Source of the DNA: Oscillospiraceae bacterium | Lineage (GTDB): Bacteria; Bacillota; Clostridia; Oscillospirales; JAKOTC01 | NCBI GenBank assembly: GCA_035353335.1 | Contig: DAOPZJ010000004.1 | Coordinates: 15,555 to 79,554, forward strand | Reading direction: 5' to 3' | DNA length: 64,000 nt | In this document: piece after piece, positions 61,273 through 64,000 of the stretch | Position numbering within the stretch: position 1 is the stretch's first letter | Layout: each line of letters opens with the position of its first letter | The notes under the pieces: model-generated | Database searches by the model: none | Seen by the model: only the letters and a program-made list of their open reading frames with translations | What the model was told of the DNA's origin: nothing | Translations under genes and position numbers: made by a program

Positions 61273-62502
61273 ATGAGACGCGTGGTTGTCACCGGAATGG
61301 GCGCATTGACACCGATCGGAAACGATGTTCCGACCTTTTGGGAAAACCTGAAGGCGGGGTCTTTGGGTATCGGCCCGATCACCAAATTTTCCGTCGAGGA
61401 CTGCAAATATAAGCTGGCAGCACAGCTGAAGGACTTCGATGCGCTGAGCTGCCTGGATAAAAACACGGTGCGCAGAACCGATTTATTCGTGCAGTACGCA
61501 CTCTTTGCCGCCGCGGAGGCCATGGAGGACAGCGGTTTGGAAGGCACGATGCAGCCCGAGGACTTGAGTGTGGTTTTCGGCTCGGGCATCGGCGGTTTTG
61601 AGACCTTCTGCGCCGAACATGTCTCCATGCTCGAGGGCGGCCCGCGAAAGGTCTCTCCGCTTTTTGTGCCCAAAATGATCTCAAATATCGCGGCGGGCAA
61701 CATCGCCATCCGTTACGGCGCGCGCAATTCCTGCCTGTCGGTGACGACGGCCTGCGCGACCGGAACAACCGCCATCGGCGAAGCGTTCCGTGCGATCCGC
61801 GACGGTTATGCCGAAGCCGCCATCTGCGGCGGTAGCGAGGCGGCGATTACACCACTGGCTATGGCCGGATTTACGAATGCGTTGGCGCTCTCCACTTCCG
61901 ACGATCCCAAAGCGGCATCTCTGCCTTTTGATAAGCGGCGCGGCGGTTTTGTGATGGGCGAGGGCGCGGGAGCATTGATTTTAGAAGAATACGAACACGC
62001 GGTCAGACGCGGCGCGAAAATTTATGCCGAGGTCTGCGGCTACGGCGCAACCTGTGACGCTTATCATGTGACCGCTCCGGCACCGGAACCCGATACCGCG
62101 GCAAGAGCTGTCAAAAACGCATTGCTCGGCTCTGAAAACGTTGATCCGACCCGGATTTACGTCAACGCGCACGGCACCGGCACCGCGCTCAACGACCGCT
62201 GCGAGACGGCGGCTTATAAAAAGGTCTTCGGCGAAAAAGCGGGCGAGCTGCACATCAGCTCCACCAAGTCGATGACCGGACATATGCTCGGGGCAGCGGG
62301 TGCGATTGAGGCTGTTGCGGCGATTCTGGCGCTGCGCGAGGGCATCATTCCGCCCACCATCAACCTGAATGAACCCGACCCCGACTGCGATTTGAATTAT
62401 ACGCCCAACAAAGCGAAAAATACCGATCTCGATCTGTCGATTTCAACTTCGCTGGGATTCGGCGGTCACAACGCCTGCATCGCTTTTCGGAAAGTAGTTT
62501 AA
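61273..62502 (+). CDS. fabF: 3-oxoacyl-ACP synthase II
   Basis: The active-site Cys context TACATG, plus HGTGT and GFGGHN. Confidence 0.9.
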   Translation: MRRVVVTGMGALTPIGNDVPTFWENLKAGSLGIGPITKFSVEDCKYKLAAQLKDFDALSCLDKNTVRRTDLFVQYALFAAAEAMEDSGLEGTMQPEDLSVVFGSGIGGFETFCAEHVSMLEGGPRKVSPLFVPKMISNIAAGNIAIRYGARNSCLSVTTACATGTTAIGEAFRAIRDGYAEAAICGGSEAAITPLAMAGFTNALALSTSDDPKAASLPFDKRRGGFVMGEGAGALILEEYEHAVRRGAKIYAEVCGYGATCDAYHVTAPAPEPDTAARAVKNALLGSENVDPTRIYVNAHGTGTALNDRCETAAYKKVFGEKAGELHISSTKSMTGHMLGAAGAIEAVAAILALREGIIPPTINLNEPDPDCDLNYTPNKAKNTDLDLSISTSLGFGGHNACIAFRKVV

Positions 62503-62590
62503 AGTAAATTTTCAACCCGGAGTTTGGTTCCTACAGCAAAAGAATTTTACTCCGTAAACCATGCCAAACTTCCAAAAAGGAGGTCACATT

Positions 62591-63058
62591 ATGCAATTAC
62601 AACTTGTCAAAGATTTGGCCGAATTGATGCGCCAATACGGACTCGGGCGGCTTGAAGTGCGCGACAGCGAAGTCCATGTGCTGCTCGAGTCGCAAAAACA
62701 CGCCTCCGATCCGGCAGCCATTGTAACGCCGTCTGTTGCCGTGGCGAATACCGTTGTGCCGGCTGTTAATACCGAAAAACCGGTACCCGCATCTGCACCG
62801 GAAACACCAAAGACCGATGCCTACTGCCAGAAGTCACCGTTGGTCGGTACGCTGTATTTAGCCCCGTCCGAGGACAGCCCGCGTTTTGTCGAGGTCGGCA
62901 CAAAAGTCAAAAAAGGCGACACCCTCTGCATCGTCGAAGCCATGAAAGTGCTGAACGAGCTGACCGCCGAAACTGACGGCAAAATAGTCGAGGTCTGCGG
63001 AAAAAACGCCGCGCTTGTAGAATTCGGCCAGCCGCTGTTTTTAATCGAGAAGGTTTAA
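62591..63058 (+). CDS. accB: Biotin carboxyl carrier protein of acetyl-CoA carboxylase
   Basis: The ATG at 62591 has an AAAGGAGG RBS. Biotinylation motif EAMKV. Confidence 0.85.
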   Translation: MQLQLVKDLAELMRQYGLGRLEVRDSEVHVLLESQKHASDPAAIVTPSVAVANTVVPAVNTEKPVPASAPETPKTDAYCQKSPLVGTLYLAPSEDSPRFVEVGTKVKKGDTLCIVEAMKVLNELTAETDGKIVEVCGKNAALVEFGQPLFLIEKV

Positions 63059-63061
63059 ACT

Positions 63062-63475
63062 ATGACGCAAGAGCAAATAAAACAGATTTTGCCGCATCGG
63101 GATGCGATGTTATTGATCGACGAGGCCGAAGCCGTCGACGGCGTTTCGCATGCCAAAAAGCTGATAAAAGGCGACGAGTGGTTTTTACGCGGGCATTTTC
63201 CGGGCGACCCGGTGGTGCCGGGCGTGATTTTATGTGAAATTTTAGCGCAGTCCACCTGCGTGTTACTGGCACCCGGAGGACGAACCCTCTTCACGGGACT
63301 CGATAAAGTGCGTTTTAAAAATATTGTCAAACCGGGCGATTTGTTCGAGACGGAATGCGTGATCACCAAGGCGCGCGCCCCATTTTATTGGGCGTCCGGA
63401 AAGGGATTCGTGGACGGAAAACTCTGCGTAAGCGCGGATTTTTCGTTTGCCATGATCACAGAACCCCATGTTTAA
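63062..63475 (+). CDS. fabZ: 3-hydroxyacyl-ACP dehydratase
   Basis: LPHRDAMLLID and HFPGDPVVPGV motifs. Confidence 0.9.
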   Translation: MTQEQIKQILPHRDAMLLIDEAEAVDGVSHAKKLIKGDEWFLRGHFPGDPVVPGVILCEILAQSTCVLLAPGGRTLFTGLDKVRFKNIVKPGDLFETECVITKARAPFYWASGKGFVDGKLCVSADFSFAMITEPHV

Positions 63476-64000
63476 AAAGATTTTAGTCGCAAACCGCGGT
63501 GAAATCGCCGTACGCATCATCCGCGCCTGCCGCGAGATGGGCATTGCCACGGTCGCGGTGTATTCCGAACCGGACAAAAACGCCCTGCACGCCGCCCTTG
63601 CCGACGAGCGCATCTGCATCGGCCCGGCTTCGGCGGTGCAGAGCTACTTGAATATGCAAAATATCATCAGCGCCGCGTTGGCCACCCATGCCGAGGCCAT
63701 CCACCCCGGCTACGGATTTTTATCCGAGAACAGCTTGTTCGCCGCGCTGTGTGTTCAAAACGATATCGTTTTCATCGGTCCGGAGAGCGAAGTCATCGAC
63801 CGGATGGGCAACAAGGATCAGGCGCGCCGGCTGATGATATCGGCGGGCGTTCCGGTTATTCCGGGCAGCGGCGTTGTAAAAGACGTAACAGCAGCCAAAA
63901 AAGCGGCGGCTAAAATCGGCTATCCGCTGCTCGTGAAAGCCAGTGCGGGCGGCGGCGGCAAGGGCATCCGCATTGTCGAGCGCGAAGAAGACCTCGAAAA
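63468..64000 (+). CDS. accC: Biotin carboxylase, N-terminal 177 codons; gene runs off the right edge
   Basis: Not in the ORF track. The ATG at 63468 gives MFKKILVANRGEIAVRIIRACREMGIATVAVYSEPD...GYPLLVKASAGGGGKGIR. Confidence 0.9.
   Translation, partial: MFKKILVANRGEIAVRIIRACREMGIATVAVYSEPDKNALHAALADERICIGPASAVQSYLNMQNIISAALATHAEAIHPGYGFLSENSLFAALCVQNDIVFIGPESEVIDRMGNKDQARRLMISAGVPVIPGSGVVKDVTAAKKAAAKIGYPLLVKASAGGGGKGIRIVEREEDLE

Overview
This 64 kb window looks like ordinary chromosome from a Gram-positive, probably anaerobic, Clostridia-like bacterium. That taxonomic guess is inference from three things: a FabK-type fabH-acpP-fabK-fabD-fabG-fabF-accB-fabZ-accC cluster, GGAGG ribosome-binding sites, and many glycoside hydrolases. 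About 70 protein genes are densely packed, and several pairs are translationally coupled through ATGA or 4-nt overlaps. I found one tRNA-Ser(CGA). I found no rRNA, CRISPR array, transposase, integrase or phage gene.

Gene content from left to right:
- znuC/znuA-like metal uptake genes, divergent from a URO-D-family/thioredoxin-fold fusion and a COG0523 GTPase.
- An AraC-linked block of dehydrogenases, an enolase-superfamily enzyme and a CN-hydrolase.
- A heliorhodopsin gene with its retinal-binding residues intact, lying next to nadE.
- A three-subunit xanthine-dehydrogenase-family molybdoenzyme.
- An OmpR/histidine-kinase pair followed by a secreted Cys/Gly/Asn-repeat protein.
- An XRE-regulator / PLDc_N / ABC-2 module.
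- fRMsr, NfeD-SPFH, GH88 plus heparinase II/III, and GT4 plus GH2.
- A long ars operon (arsR-arsP-fdx-trx-fdx-arsM-acr3-arsC-fdx) with two operator-like palindromes.
- Two ECF sigma/anti-sigma pairs and a GH31-AraC-GH27 locus.
- The type II fatty-acid synthesis cluster.

The items most worth a second look:
- The heliorhodopsin.
- Two dispersed non-coding repeat families: GTAGGG-headed REP-like hairpins, and a roughly 55-bp GTGAAGCC...GGCTTCAC palindromic element.
- The Met/Gly/Asn sensor loop and Cys-rich secreted protein at the two-component locus.
- The ferredoxin- and thioredoxin-rich ars operon.
- The orphan AraC-linked catabolic block.

All functional calls rest on motif recognition by eye from the supplied translations. 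No database search was run.
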